Below are positions 28,927 to 40,005 of a stretch of DNA of 64,000 nucleotides, in pieces. Under the pieces are notes generated by a model. It had not been told where the DNA came from, ran no database searches, and saw nothing but the letters and a program-made list of their open reading frames with translations. The position numbers were made by a program, and so were the translations under genes. The DNA is from an uncultured Chloroflexus sp. (GTDB lineage Bacteria; Chloroflexota; Chloroflexia; Chloroflexales; Chloroflexaceae), in assembly GCF_937129525.1 (NCBI RefSeq), contig NZ_CAKZNK010000046.1, positions 24,681 to 88,680 of the forward strand, written 5' to 3'. Each line of letters opens with the position of its first letter. Position 1 is the stretch's first letter.

Positions 28927-29196
28927 AACTCTAGTTACGTCTAATGGGGTGCCACGTCTGCGTCCCTCCATCGCGGCGACAGCTTGGGGTTTGAGGGTTC
29001 TCTCTCAACCCCATCTCTTTGCCAGAGCAGAACGGAGCGCGCGACGTGTAAGGCCCGGCGTTTTAAACCAGTCGCTGTGGCCTTTCTCTATTTGCGGCTC
29101 AGCGAGCCAGTTATTGCAGCAGCCCGCCGTCATTCCGACGGCCTAGTGATGGTCGTCATACCGGCCTGACGCCATCAACAGAGCATTGGTTGAACG

Positions 29197-30375
29197 ATGT
29201 TGAGCAAAGCTACACCGGAGTCAGAGGCGATGATCGAGCAACTGCTCGCCGCAGCGCGGGTGCGCGGGTACATTACCCACGCCGACATTCTTGCCACCTT
29301 TCCTCATCCCGAGCACGACATTGCCGAAATTGATCAGCTTTATGCGATGCTGCAAGCCGAAGGGATCAAAGTTATTGAGTCAACCGATGAGTTGGAAGGT
29401 CCTGCAGAATTAGATCCCGACCCAGACCAGGATTTGCTGGTCGAATTGCCCGATCTGGGTGATATTGCTTTTGATGACCCGGTTCGGATGTATTTGCAAG
29501 AGATTGGGCAAGTGCCTTTGCTGACTGCCGAGCAAGAGGTTGAGCTGGCCAAAGCGATGGAGGCAGGCGCTGCTGCCCGGCAGCGGCTTGACCGCGAAGA
29601 GTATACTTCTGCCCGCGAGCGTTTCGAACTCGAACGCGCAGTGCAGCAGGGTCAAGATGCCCGTCACCACCTGATTCAGGCCAACCTGCGGCTGGTGGTG
29701 AGTATTGCCAAAAAATACACCTCATACGGCCTGACGATGATGGATCTGGTGCAAGAGGGTAATATCGGCTTGATGCGGGCGGTTGAGAAATTTGATTATA
29801 AGAAGGGTCACAAATTTAGCACCTATGCGACGTGGTGGATCCGTCAGGCCATTACCCGCGCCATCGCCGATCAGAGCCGCACGATTCGCCTGCCGGTTCA
29901 TATGGGCGAAGCGATCAGTCAGGTCAAACGCACATCGCACCGCCTCCAGCAGACGATGCAGCGCGAGCCAACCCCCGAAGAGATCGCCGATGCTATGGGC
30001 ATTTCACCCGGAAAGGTGCGTCGAACGCTCGAAGCTAGCATGCATCCGCTTTCTCTCGAGATGCCGGTCGGGCAAGAGGGTGAAGGTCGCATGGGCGATT
30101 TTATCGAAGATGATCGCATCTCAACTCCCGCAGAAGCCGCCGCCGCTTCATTGCTCCGCGAGCAGCTTGAAGAGGTGTTGATGAAGCTGCCTGAACGTGA
30201 GCGCAAGATTATCCAGTTGCGCTACGGCCTGAAAGATGGACGCTACCGCACCCTCGAAGAGGTCGGGATCGAATTCGGGATCACCCGCGAGCGTATCCGT
30301 CAGATCGAAGCTGTTGCGTTGCGCAAGCTACGCCATCCGCACCTGGGCAAGAAGTTGCGCGGCTACCTCGATTAG
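29197..30375 (+). CDS. rpoD: Primary RNA polymerase sigma factor
   Basis: 392-aa ORF with region 1.2 ([11 protein letters not shown]), region 2 ([14 protein letters not shown]) and region 4.2 ([20 protein letters not shown]). Confidence 0.95.
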   Translation: MLSKATPESEAMIEQLLAAARVRGYITHADILATFPHPEHDIAEIDQLYAMLQAEGIKVIESTDELEGPAELDPDPDQDLLVELPDLGDIAFDDPVRMYLQEIGQVPLLTAEQEVELAKAMEAGAAARQRLDREEYTSARERFELERAVQQGQDARHHLIQANLRLVVSIAKKYTSYGLTMMDLVQEGNIGLMRAVEKFDYKKGHKFSTYATWWIRQAITRAIADQSRTIRLPVHMGEAISQVKRTSHRLQQTMQREPTPEEIADAMGISPGKVRRTLEASMHPLSLEMPVGQEGEGRMGDFIEDDRISTPAEAAAASLLREQLEEVLMKLPERERKIIQLRYGLKDGRYRTLEEVGIEFGITRERIRQIEAVALRKLRHPHLGKKLRGYLD

Positions 30376-30395
30376 AAACCTGATAATGGCGCCGT

Positions 30396-30420
30396 CGCCC
30401 CTGTGCGCGTCACAGGGGCG
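30396..30420 (+). terminator. Hairpin after rpoD (weak terminator candidate)
   Basis: CGCCCCTGTG-cgcgt-CACAGGGGCG forms a 10-bp stem, but no U-tract follows. Confidence 0.3.
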
Positions 30421-30576
30421 ATCTGCTGGCAAGAGATAATCCCTTGCCGTGTAATCTTCCCTGTATTTGTCTGCGCGCCGCTGCTGCGAGCGAGGCGGCA
30501 GTATCCTAAATATTGCTCCTCTGCCCGAAATGTTATTCACGCCGATTCGCCTGAAAGACTGCGTAACGTTATAACA

Positions 30577-31470
30577 ATGCACCGTCTTGATGAAGCGCAA
30601 CGCCCGCTCGATGTAGCGATGGTGATCATCGCTGCCTTAACATGGGGCACCATCGGAGTGGCCGTCGGCTGGCTTTACCGCCTTGCCGAGACCAACTCTC
30701 TTTCCATCGGCTTTTGGCGGTTACTGCTGTCAGCGCCGGTTTTGCTTGTTACCGCGCGAGTGCTCGCCGGGCCGCGAGCATTTCACATTCAGCCACGTCA
30801 TATTGCGACCCTGGCCCTCATCGGCGCTGCCTTCGCCGGCTATCAGGTAGCCTACTTTGCTGCGATCCCCTATCTGGGGGTCGCGGCTGCGGTTCTCATC
30901 AATATCTGTAGCGCGCCCATCTTCACTGCCCTGCTAGCCCGCGCGTTTCTCGGCGAACGGCTACGCGCCAGCGCATGGCTGGCAATCGGCGGCGCGGTGC
31001 TCGGCGCGGCAATGCTGGTTGGCGGCGCGCCCCAGGTCCAATCGACCGCCGATCTCGTCATCGGTGCCTTGCTCGCGCTGACCGCCGGTTTCTCATACAG
31101 TCTGGTCGTCCTCGGCGCGCGTCTCATTGCCGCCAGCTACCATCCGGTTGTGCCGGTCGCGCTCTCGTTTACCTTCGGCGCTGTGCTGCTGCTCCCCGCG
31201 GCGCTGACCACAGGTCTGGTCGTTACCTACCCGCCATTGGGCTGGCTCGTGCTTATCTATCTTAGCATCGTGCCGACGGCGCTGGCCTATGCCCTTTATG
31301 TGCGTGGGATGCGGAGTGTGCGCGCAACTACTGCGGCGACTATTACCCTGCTCGAGCCGCTCGGATCGGCTTTGCTCGCTATTCTATTACTGGGTGAACG
31401 ATTTACTGTGCCCGGTATGATTGGCGCTGCCTTGCTGATCGCCAGCATCGTGATCATTGCCCGGCGGTAA
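30577..31470 (+). CDS. EamA/DMT-family transporter
   Basis: About ten hydrophobic spans and two EamA-like halves. I chose the start at ATG 30577 (MHRLDEAQ...); the longer track ORF covers the rpoD hairpin. Confidence 0.8.
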   Translation: MHRLDEAQRPLDVAMVIIAALTWGTIGVAVGWLYRLAETNSLSIGFWRLLLSAPVLLVTARVLAGPRAFHIQPRHIATLALIGAAFAGYQVAYFAAIPYLGVAAAVLINICSAPIFTALLARAFLGERLRASAWLAIGGAVLGAAMLVGGAPQVQSTADLVIGALLALTAGFSYSLVVLGARLIAASYHPVVPVALSFTFGAVLLLPAALTTGLVVTYPPLGWLVLIYLSIVPTALAYALYVRGMRSVRATTAATITLLEPLGSALLAILLLGERFTVPGMIGAALLIASIVIIARR

Positions 31471-31495
31471 CGCAAAGCAGCGCTCACCTTCGCCG

Positions 31496-32296
31496 TTAAT
31501 CCGCCGGTTGACGCGCGTCGTTACTCACCGGATTGGCGGGAGTGAAGAATGCCTTCAGTGTATCAATCGGCAGCGGGAAGATAATCGTGCTGTTCTTCTC
31601 GGTAGCGATCTCGGTTAAGGTTTGCAGATAGCGAAGTTGCAATGTCACCGGTTCACTGGCCAACACCTTCGCTGCCTCGGCCAGCGTGCGCGACGCTTGC
31701 AATTCACCATCGGCATGGATCAGCTTGGCCCGCTTCTCGCGCTCGGCTTCAGCCTGGCGGGCCATAGCTCGCTGCATGTTCTGCGGCAGTTCAACATCTT
31801 TCACTTCGACAATCGTGACTTTGATTCCCCACGGCTCGGTCTGCTCGTCGATAATCTGTTGCAGCTTTTGGTTAATCTTCTCACGCTGCGCCAGCAACTC
31901 GTCGAGTTCGACCTGACCGACCACACTGCGCAGAGTTGTCTGAGCAATCTGCATCGTGGCCCGGATGTAGTCCATCACCTTGGTCACTGCCCAGTTCGGG
32001 TTAATCACCTGAAAGTACAGTACCGCGTTGACCTTGATCGTGACGTTATCGAGCGTAATCACCTCTTGCACCGGAACGTCCATGGTAATCACGCGCATAT
32101 CAACACGCACCATCCGCTCAAAGATGGGAATAACGAAGAAGATACCCGGTCCACGCGGCCCCATCAACCGTCCCAGTCGAAAGATCACCCCACGCTCGTA
32201 TTCGGGCACGATCTTGATCGCCGATAACAGGATCATCAACGCGATAAACGCCAGCACTGCCAGACAGGCAAGAAGAAAGAAGGTAATACCACTCAT
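31496..32296 (-). CDS. SPFH/band-7 (stomatin-like) protein
   Basis: An N-terminal TM span followed by an SPFH domain ([17 protein letters not shown]...). The ATG at 32296 is preceded by AAGGAG. Confidence 0.9.
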   Translation of the reverse strand: MSGITFFLLACLAVLAFIALMILLSAIKIVPEYERGVIFRLGRLMGPRGPGIFFVIPIFERMVRVDMRVITMDVPVQEVITLDNVTIKVNAVLYFQVINPNWAVTKVMDYIRATMQIAQTTLRSVVGQVELDELLAQREKINQKLQQIIDEQTEPWGIKVTIVEVKDVELPQNMQRAMARQAEAEREKRAKLIHADGELQASRTLAEAAKVLASEPVTLQLRYLQTLTEIATEKNSTIIFPLPIDTLKAFFTPANPVSNDARQPAD

Positions 32297-32343
32297 TACG
32301 AGGTCTCCTTTCCGCGATATGGTCAGTAGAGTCAACCCTGGCT

Positions 32344-33741
32344 CTACGATGACGACGATGTTGACATCAATTCCTCAGACGGATCGATCCGTCGCACAGT
32401 CAGGCGTAACGCATAGATACCGGTCACTCGCACAAATTCACCCTCTTCGGCAGTGCCATTTTCACATACTGCCCGCCAGAGCGCCCCTTCAACAAAGACC
32501 ATTCCTTCTGGATCGAGCCGCTTGCGCACCTCGGCCAGTCGCCCGATAAGTCCTTCTTGACCGGTGGTGACTGGTCGATTGCGCGAACGTAACGCCAGCC
32601 AAACACCGGTTACGGCAAAGATGGCAATGATTGCGGCGACCAGCATCACCACCCACAATGCCACTGCTACTCCTGGGGCCTGCGTTGCATCAAAGAGCGT
32701 TAACGCGCTGGCAATCATAACGCCTACTCCAATGACGGTCAGTGTTCCGTGCGATGGAACAAAGAGATCGGCAGCGATCAAACCGAAGGCGATGAGAATG
32801 CCTACCACGCTCAACCATTGCACCGGCAGGGCAATCATACCAATGATAGCGCCTGCCAGCAACAAAACCCCTAGACCGGCGAGGATGCCTACCGTTGGGC
32901 TAAGAAATTCGGCATAAAACGCCAATCCGGCCATGATCAGTAGAATAAAGACAATGGTCGGATTGGCCAGCACCAACAAGAAGGCTTCAATCAGATTGAC
33001 TTCAATGACCAGCGGTCGCGCGCCGAGGGTCGAGAGCGTCATCTGCTGACCACCAACTAGCGTGACAGTTCGACCTTCCAGACGTTGCAGCAATTCTGTC
33101 CGATCGCGCGCAACCAGATCGATAATTGGTGGACTAGTCTCAATTGCCTGCGCTGCCGTCGCAATAAATCCGCTCCGCAACGCCGTTTCAGCCCACGACA
33201 CATCCCGGTTGCGCGCCGCGCCCCAGGCTTCAAACTGCTGCAACTGCTCGACGAGGAGCAGATCCTGAGTAGCCTCGCTGACTCCCATCGTTGGCACAAA
33301 CAACGGCGCGGCAATGCCAAAGCGACTATCCGGCGCCATCGCAGCAATGTGAGCTGCCGGCAACAGCCACGAACCAGCAGCGCCGGCGTCATGACCGGCA
33401 GGATTAATATAGACCACGACCGGCACGCTTGCGGCGGCAATGTCGTTGGCCAGCGCGCGCGCTTCGCTCAAGACTGCGCCCCGGGGTGTAATATGCACAA
33501 TCAGCATTTGCGCATTGGCTGCTTCAGCCTCACGCAAAGCGCGCCGAATATAGCCGGCAGCATAACTGCTAAGCACCCCATCGTATTCCACCTGGTAGAT
33601 AGGTTGGATCGACTGCGCAGCAACACCAGCTACCAGTATGAGCCATAGAAGGCTGATGAGCGCAATCCGGTTACCCCAGATTGTGATTCGCGCAGAGCAT
33701 GCGCGATAAACTTCCCTGCTCTGTCTTGCAAGGTATCGCAT
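32344..33741 (-). CDS. Long NfeD-type membrane-bound ClpP-class serine protease
   Basis: A periplasmic ClpP-like domain, a multi-TM middle region and a C-terminal NfeD OB-fold ([15 protein letters not shown]...[13 protein letters not shown]). It lies immediately upstream of the SPFH gene. Confidence 0.85.
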   Translation of the reverse strand: MRYLARQSREVYRACSARITIWGNRIALISLLWLILVAGVAAQSIQPIYQVEYDGVLSSYAAGYIRRALREAEAANAQMLIVHITPRGAVLSEARALANDIAAASVPVVVYINPAGHDAGAAGSWLLPAAHIAAMAPDSRFGIAAPLFVPTMGVSEATQDLLLVEQLQQFEAWGAARNRDVSWAETALRSGFIATAAQAIETSPPIIDLVARDRTELLQRLEGRTVTLVGGQQMTLSTLGARPLVIEVNLIEAFLLVLANPTIVFILLIMAGLAFYAEFLSPTVGILAGLGVLLLAGAIIGMIALPVQWLSVVGILIAFGLIAADLFVPSHGTLTVIGVGVMIASALTLFDATQAPGVAVALWVVMLVAAIIAIFAVTGVWLALRSRNRPVTTGQEGLIGRLAEVRKRLDPEGMVFVEGALWRAVCENGTAEEGEFVRVTGIYALRLTVRRIDPSEELMSTSSSS

Positions 33742-33881
33742 AGATATATGATCTAGTGCAGATGCGGCATAACGGCGACACTGCCATCATACCGCGTTTC
33801 ATGAGGGTGTCAACGAACAGCGAATGGGGTAAGTACAGTATAAACGATATGCCGGGCTAGCGCGCGAGAGCCTTTTCGTCC

Positions 33882-34094
33882 TCATTCCAACTCGCCGGCG
33901 CTGCCTCGGCTCACAAAACGCTTGATCCGGCGCTCGAGCGTGGCCCGTGGCAGCAAAATGCGCCGCCCACACGTTGCGCATTGTAAACCAATATCAGCGC
34001 CGAGACGAACAATCTGCCATGTATCGCCGCCGCAGGCATGCGGCTTGCGCAATTGCACAACATCGTTCAGATAGAGTGGGATCGGCGGCGGCAT
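33882..34094 (-). CDS. DUF951-family small protein
   Basis: 70-aa ORF with LRKPHACGGDTWQIVRLGADIGLQCATCGRRILLPR, typical of DUF951. Confidence 0.7.
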   Translation of the reverse strand: MPPPIPLYLNDVVQLRKPHACGGDTWQIVRLGADIGLQCATCGRRILLPRATLERRIKRFVSRGSAGELE

Positions 34095-34100
34095 CTGGCA

Positions 34101-35294
34101 TCATCCATTACTCACTGCCTTGGCTTCAGCCCACCACGTTATCAATTCGGTCAACGAGCAATCGCGCAATGATCGCCCACTACGCGCTGCCATCTGTTCA
34201 ACCAGTTGCAGGCGCCGTTTATAACGAGCATTGGCTTCACGCAACGCTGCTTCAGCATCGAGTTGGAGCCAGTGGGCAAGTGTTGTGATGGCGAAGAGCA
34301 GATCGCCCAACTCCGCCATTTGCGCAGCCGAATCGGGCGCAGCGCGCAGTTCGGCCAGCTCCTCATCAACCTTCGCCCACGCATACTCAATCGTTGTCCA
34401 GGTAAATCCGGCCTGAATCGCCTTGCTCGCCAGCGTTTGCGCCGCAGCCAGCGCCGGCAACGCTGCTGGTACACCATCGAGCACGCTGGCGCGCGATTGT
34501 CCTTTAGCCGCCAGCTCACGCGCTTTCAGCTCCTCCCAGTTCTGTATCACCTGACCGACATCGGTCACGTCAGCAGCGCCAAAGACGTGCGGATGCCGAA
34601 ACACCAGTTTGTCAGCCGCCCGCCGTGCCACATCTTCGAGCGAAAAATGTCCGGCCTGACGGGCCATTTCGCTATGCATGATGACATGCATCAGCACATC
34701 ACCCAACTCTTCGCAGAGCTGTGCCATTGTGCCCGTATCAAGGGCCTCCAACACCTCATACACCTCTTCCAGCAATGCGCCACGCAACGACTGATGGGTC
34801 TGGCGCACATCCCACGGGCAACCATCGGGACCGAGCAGGCGACTGATAACCCAGCGCAACCGATCGATATTATGTCGATCATCGGGTAATGCCAGGGCCG
34901 GCATCAGCAGGGCAAAGCTGGTCGTTGCCGACAAGTTGACCGTAGCGAGATCCGCCAACGTCAGCGATTGCACCGTTTCGGCAGGCAGTGCGATCAGGGT
35001 TAGCGGATGCTGCAAGGGATAGCGACCGGCTAACAGTGCAGACAGCGCCGACCAATCAACTGTAGCGGCCTCTCCCCAGATCAAAGCCGGCGTCTGCGTG
35101 ACCAGCGGATAGGGCAAACGCGGTGGCTGGTACTGACCCAAACCTTGTTGCTCGACCCAGGGGAGCACACGCGCATCTGACGACATGACCGGCGGCTGCA
35201 AGAAACGATCAACCTTCCAGATCTGGATCTCCGACAGATCGATCAGATCGCGCGCCAGCGCAAAGTTGAGCAGGTTGTTTAATGTAGCACTCAT
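34101..35294 (-). CDS. mazG: MazG-family nucleoside triphosphate pyrophosphohydrolase with N-terminal extension
   Basis: Two MazG repeats (EEVYEVLEALD...ELGDVLMHV and DEELAELRAA...ELGDLLFAI). About 130 extra N-terminal residues precede them. Confidence 0.85.
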   Translation of the reverse strand: MSATLNNLLNFALARDLIDLSEIQIWKVDRFLQPPVMSSDARVLPWVEQQGLGQYQPPRLPYPLVTQTPALIWGEAATVDWSALSALLAGRYPLQHPLTLIALPAETVQSLTLADLATVNLSATTSFALLMPALALPDDRHNIDRLRWVISRLLGPDGCPWDVRQTHQSLRGALLEEVYEVLEALDTGTMAQLCEELGDVLMHVIMHSEMARQAGHFSLEDVARRAADKLVFRHPHVFGAADVTDVGQVIQNWEELKARELAAKGQSRASVLDGVPAALPALAAAQTLASKAIQAGFTWTTIEYAWAKVDEELAELRAAPDSAAQMAELGDLLFAITTLAHWLQLDAEAALREANARYKRRLQLVEQMAARSGRSLRDCSLTELITWWAEAKAVSNG

Positions 35295-36220
35295 GGAGTC
35301 TCGGGGAAAGGTATCGGCAACACATCTGGATCAAAACCGGCAGCAATCTGCAATTCGCCACTCTGTTCGACCTGTCGGCGCAGCTCTTCATACCAGGGCA
35401 CAAAGGTTTCCTGGTAAAACTGACCGGCATTTCGACGAATGCGCAATTGTTCAAACGATTCGAAGGGACGCTGCGATTCGCGCTCTAACACCTCAACGAC
35501 AAAAAAGCCGAAATCAGATTGAACGATCTGAGGTGTGTTGAGGGGCAACGAGAAGATAGCCTCTTCGAGTTGCGCGACAGTATCACCGCGCGTTACCCAT
35601 CCCCACTCGCCACCGTTGGCTGCAGTGGCCGAATCACGCGAGTGAGTTGCTGCCAGAGTGGCAAAATCGGCCCCGGCCTGCAATTCGCTCAGTATGGTCT
35701 GAGCCGTTGCTTCATCTGAAACCAGAATCTGGCGGATACGCGCCATATCGGCGCGCGTATTGCGGGCAATCACTTCAAAGACGATCTGCTCGCGAGCCAG
35801 CACACTCCGCAAATCAAGCGTCTCTGCCGGGCTGGCATCAACAGCCAGTTGGCTAAAGACTGCTTCATCCAACGCTTCCGGATCAACGCCAATGCCGTGC
35901 TGACGGGCGTAATACAAGAGTAATTCATTCTGGATCATCTGCTCAAAGATTTGGCGGCGCAAATCGTTTTCAACCACTATCTGCTCAATCTGCTCGCGAG
36001 TCTGGCCTGCGGCCAGCGCATTGGCCACGCCATCACCGATTGCGCGTTTGATCTCTGCATTAACATCGGCCACCGTATAGATCTGGGTTCCCAACCGAAA
36101 AGCTACCGGCGAACCGGTTTCTTCCCACTGTCTTCCATTCGTCACACTCTGACAGCCGGCCAGCAACAAGAGGGCAAGTAACCACACCAGACGACGCATT
36201 GCTCTGTGCTCCATGTTCAT
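35291..36220 (-). CDS. Parvulin-type peptidyl-prolyl isomerase lipoprotein (PrsA/SurA-like)
   Basis: Lipobox LLLAGC and a PpiC domain (RIRQILV...GGEWGWVTRGD...FGFFVVEVLE). It shows a 4-nt overlap with mazG. Confidence 0.8.
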   Translation of the reverse strand: MNMEHRAMRRLVWLLALLLLAGCQSVTNGRQWEETGSPVAFRLGTQIYTVADVNAEIKRAIGDGVANALAAGQTREQIEQIVVENDLRRQIFEQMIQNELLLYYARQHGIGVDPEALDEAVFSQLAVDASPAETLDLRSVLAREQIVFEVIARNTRADMARIRQILVSDEATAQTILSELQAGADFATLAATHSRDSATAANGGEWGWVTRGDTVAQLEEAIFSLPLNTPQIVQSDFGFFVVEVLERESQRPFESFEQLRIRRNAGQFYQETFVPWYEELRRQVEQSGELQIAAGFDPDVLPIPFPETP

Positions 36221-36317
36221 TCACAGGTTCAGCAGGTTTTTATAGGCATAGCAGCAAATGGCGCGCAGGCCAGCGGGCATCTCGACGCATCCTTACAAGC
36301 AATTCCAGCGAGTTATA

Positions 36318-38141
36318 TCACCGCTCGCGTTCGTTACCCGTATCGTTGAGTGACAAAATCGCCATAAAGGCCTCTTGAGGAATTTCGACGCTCCCGACCA
36401 TCTTCATGCGTTTCTTGCCCTCTTTCTGTTTTTCGAGCAGCTTGCGCTTTCGGGTCACGTCGCCGCCATAACATTTTGCCAGCACATCCTTGCGCATGGC
36501 GCGGATGGTCTCGCGCGCAATAATCTTCGAGCCAATTGCAGCCTGGATCGGCACCTCAAACATCTGGCGTGGGATCAATTGCCGCAAGCGCTCAACCAGA
36601 TCGCGCCCCCGCTGATAAGCAAAATCGCGATGCACGATGAGCGACAGCGCATCTACCGGCTGACCATTGACCAGAATGTCGAGCTTGACCAGATCGGCCT
36701 CTTGATAACCGGCCAGATGGTAATCCAGCGAAGCATACCCCTGAGTGCGGCTCTTAAGCTGATCGTAGAAGTCGATCACAATTTCGGCCAACGGCATGCG
36801 GTATTTCAAGAGGACGCGCGTCGGGTCGAGGTAGTCCATACTGACAAACACACCGCGGCGCGTGGTCACCAGATCCATAATCGTGCCGATGTAGCGCACC
36901 GGCGTGATCACACTGATTTCAACAACTGGCTCCTCAATCGCTTCGATCCGCGATAGATCGGGCATCTCCGACGGATTGGCAACCGTAATGATTTCGCCAT
37001 CTGACAACAATACCTGATACTCAACCGAAGGCGCGGTAATCAGCAGATCGAGCTTATACTCCCGTTCGAGCCGCTCGCGGACGATCTCCATATGCAGCAA
37101 GCCAAGAAAGCCACAGCGGAAACCGAAGCCGAGCGCGGCTGAACTTTCGGGCTGAAACGACAGCGCAGCGTCGTTGAGCTTCAGGCGTTCGAGCGCCTCG
37201 CGCAATTCAGGGTAGGCATTTGAGTCAATCGGGTACAAGCCGGCAAACACCATCGGCTTGGCCGGACGATAGCCGGGCAACGGTTCGCTGGCCGGCATAT
37301 CGACCAGCGTAATCGTATCACCCACCTGACAATCGGCTACACTCTTCAAACCAGTCGCGATATAGCCTACCTCGCCGGCGACCAGCTCGTTTAGCGGCGT
37401 CATTGCCGGGCGGAAAACGCCCAGTTCGAGCGTTTCCGCCTGCGCACCCGTGCCCATAAAACGAACCCTATCGCGAGTGGTGAAGACGCCATCGACCACC
37501 CGCACGTAGGCAATCACACCCTTATACGGATCATAGTGTGAGTCGAAGATAAGCGCGCGCGCTGGCTGATGACGCTGACCACGCGGTGGAGGAATGCGCT
37601 TAACAATCGCCTCAAGGATTTCTGGCACCCCGATCCCCTCTTTAGCCGAGGCCAGAATGGCCTCTTCGGCGGGAATACCGATCACCTTCTCAATCTCTTG
37701 CGCCACCTCTTCGGGGTGGGCACCCGGGAGGTCGATCTTGTTCACCACCGGTATGATCACCAGATCATTTTCCAGCGCCAGGTAGGTATTGGCCAGGGTT
37801 TGCGCCTCAATGCCTTGTGAAGCATCAACGACCAGCAGGGCGCCTTCACAGGCGGCCAGCGAGCGATTCACCTCATAACTGAAATCGACATGGCCGGGAG
37901 TGTCAATCAGGTTGAGCTGATAGATCTGACCATCGGCAGCGCGGTATTCCATGCGCACCGGCTTGAGCTTGATGGTGATCCCCTTCTCGCGCTCAAGATC
38001 GAGTGAGTCGAGCAATTGTTCTCGCTGCTCACGCTCGGTAACGGTGCGCGTCAGCTCGAGTAACCGATCGCTCAGCGTCGTCTTTCCGTGATCGACGTGG
38101 GCAATGATGCTGAAATTGCGGATGTGAAGTTGATCTGACAT
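36318..38141 (-). CDS. lepA: Elongation factor 4
   Basis: G1 is [10 protein letters not shown]3 is DTPGH, and the C-terminus is LepA-specific ([16 protein letters not shown]). I chose the ATG at 38141. Confidence 0.95.
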   Translation of the reverse strand: MSDQLHIRNFSIIAHVDHGKTTLSDRLLELTRTVTEREQREQLLDSLDLEREKGITIKLKPVRMEYRAADGQIYQLNLIDTPGHVDFSYEVNRSLAACEGALLVVDASQGIEAQTLANTYLALENDLVIIPVVNKIDLPGAHPEEVAQEIEKVIGIPAEEAILASAKEGIGVPEILEAIVKRIPPPRGQRHQPARALIFDSHYDPYKGVIAYVRVVDGVFTTRDRVRFMGTGAQAETLELGVFRPAMTPLNELVAGEVGYIATGLKSVADCQVGDTITLVDMPASEPLPGYRPAKPMVFAGLYPIDSNAYPELREALERLKLNDAALSFQPESSAALGFGFRCGFLGLLHMEIVRERLEREYKLDLLITAPSVEYQVLLSDGEIITVANPSEMPDLSRIEAIEEPVVEISVITPVRYIGTIMDLVTTRRGVFVSMDYLDPTRVLLKYRMPLAEIVIDFYDQLKSRTQGYASLDYHLAGYQEADLVKLDILVNGQPVDALSLIVHRDFAYQRGRDLVERLRQLIPRQMFEVPIQAAIGSKIIARETIRAMRKDVLAKCYGGDVTRKRKLLEKQKEGKKRMKMVGSVEIPQEAFMAILSLNDTGNERER

Positions 38142-38216
38142 GTATCTTTCAAGCGGCAGCAAAGCTGCAAATGTTTCTCAAATAGGCCTACGATGAAGTA
38201 TACCATAGCCGCTTCG

Positions 38217-39071
38217 TTATCCGGCGACTTTTCTGGTTGATGAGACACGATGGAAATATCGCGCCCACAGCCAGGCCCCGGTTGTTACATCGCGCTGATT
38301 GAAACAAACCACCGCCAGCCCGTATCCGAGGAGTGCTGCGCCCAGCAGCGTCACCAGATCACCGCTGGCCGGCCCTTCATTGAGCGCTGCCGGCGTCGAG
38401 GGACGATAGTGGAAGGGCGAGAGTGGACGCAGATATTCCAGATCTGGTGACATACTGAGCAGATTGTAGCCGAGAAAACTGACGACCAGGATGACCGTTG
38501 CTAGGGCCAGGGCCACCCGACGCGACGGCGTCAGCGTGCCGAGCCAGAGGCTGAGCGTTTGAAACAAAAAGACGAGCGGCCAATGAGCCACGGTAGCGCG
38601 AAACAGATCGCCGGCATCGAGCTGGGTGGTCAACTGGTCACGAATGAACAGAAAGATCACTGCCGCCGCTATGCTGGCGACTCCCAATACCAGCAACGAC
38701 ATCGCGGCCAGGGCGATAGTTTTCGTCGTCACCAGTTGCCAGCGCGTCAATGGCAATGCCAGTTGCAACTCAAGCGTTCCGTTGTCCTCTTCGCCAGCCA
38801 GCACCCCGGTTCCGGTCACAATCGCCAGCACACAGAGTAACACGGTAAAGAAATGGAAAATGGTTGAGCCGATATAGCCTTCGAACGTCGCCATAGTCAG
38901 GTTACCAAAGGCGCGGTACAACTCGATGCTGGCCAGATCGAGATTGCGCATTTCGACCGGCAATGCCGGGTAGAACGCCATGTAGACGCTAAAGAACGCC
39001 AGCATCCCCGCGCTCCAGCCGATCAAGACGCCACGTCGGATCCGTAACTCATGCCAGAACAGGCTGGCCAT
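38217..39071 (-). CDS. ABC-2-type transporter permease
   Basis: Six hydrophobic spans, downstream of and overlapping the ABC ATPase gene. The start is ATG 39071 or 39092. Confidence 0.7.
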   Translation of the reverse strand: MASLFWHELRIRRGVLIGWSAGMLAFFSVYMAFYPALPVEMRNLDLASIELYRAFGNLTMATFEGYIGSTIFHFFTVLLCVLAIVTGTGVLAGEEDNGTLELQLALPLTRWQLVTTKTIALAAMSLLVLGVASIAAAVIFLFIRDQLTTQLDAGDLFRATVAHWPLVFLFQTLSLWLGTLTPSRRVALALATVILVVSFLGYNLLSMSPDLEYLRPLSPFHYRPSTPAALNEGPASGDLVTLLGAALLGYGLAVVCFNQRDVTTGAWLWARYFHRVSSTRKVAG

Positions 39072-39972
39072 GATTGCCTCCTTGCGCGCCATAGTAAGCC
39101 AGGAAGACCTCTTCCAGCGTCAAAGGCAACGTCTCAACTTCAATGGCCTGGAATGCGCCAGCCTGAGCAAGCACCTGCGCTAACCCTTCGCGCACTTCCA
39201 GGGTCACCTCATGTTCGTTCACCGCAAGCAGCGTAATCCCCGGCAGAGAGAAAGCAGTCGCCGGCACCGGTTCGGCAAATCGAAACCGGATCCGATGGAC
39301 GTATTGCCTTCGTAAAAGAGCATCGATTCGCTCGACCGTTACCAACTGCCCGGCGCGAATGATGCCAACCCGGTCACAGACCGCCTGCACTTCCGGCAGA
39401 ATGTGCGAAGAGAAGAAGACCGTTCGCCCCTCTTCGCGGGCAGCGCGTACCAGCTCGATGACCACCTGCTGCGCCAGCGGATCCAGACCACCTGTTGGCT
39501 CGTCGAGGATCAGGAGTTGGGGACGAAACATCAACGCGGCAATCAGGCCAACTTTCTGTTTATTGCCACGCGAATAGGCGCGCATTGGGCGATCAAGATC
39601 AAGCTCCAGTTGCCAGCAGAGTTGTTGCAAATAACTCGCTTCAACTACCCGACCCCGCGCGCCATTGAGCATCGCCAGATACTGGCGCGCGGTAAGATTG
39701 TCGGGCAAGCGTAATTCACCGGGTAGATAACCCACCTGTTGCCGGATGAAATGTCCCTCGCGCTGACAATTGCGGCCAAAGATGAGCGCCTGCCCTCGCG
39801 TTGGCCGGATAATATCCATCATAACGCGCAGAGTGGTGGTCTTTCCGGCGCCATTGGGGCCAAGAAAACCGAAGACCTCTCCTTGATCGACCGTCAGATC
39901 CAACCCTTCCACACCGCGCTGACGACCGTAGTAGACGGTCAGATCGCGCAAATCGATCACCGGTGAACCCAT
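39049..39972 (-). CDS. ABC transporter ATP-binding protein
   Basis: Walker A GPNGAGKTT, signature YSRGNKQK and Walker B LLILDEPTGGLD. The ATG at 39972 is preceded by AGGAG. Confidence 0.9.
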   Translation of the reverse strand: MGSPVIDLRDLTVYYGRQRGVEGLDLTVDQGEVFGFLGPNGAGKTTTLRVMMDIIRPTRGQALIFGRNCQREGHFIRQQVGYLPGELRLPDNLTARQYLAMLNGARGRVVEASYLQQLCWQLELDLDRPMRAYSRGNKQKVGLIAALMFRPQLLILDEPTGGLDPLAQQVVIELVRAAREEGRTVFFSSHILPEVQAVCDRVGIIRAGQLVTVERIDALLRRQYVHRIRFRFAEPVPATAFSLPGITLLAVNEHEVTLEVREGLAQVLAQAGAFQAIEVETLPLTLEEVFLAYYGAQGGNHGQPVLA

Positions 39973-40005
39973 AGGTTTCTCCTGCGAACAGCTCATGCAG
40001 GCGGT

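Noticed and set aside
28949-29169. The small ORFs in the rpoD leader (65 aa and 61 aa) as real genes.
   Set aside because: They have non-ATG or poorly placed starts, no Shine-Dalgarno and no recognisable motifs. The region is better explained as untranslated RNA.
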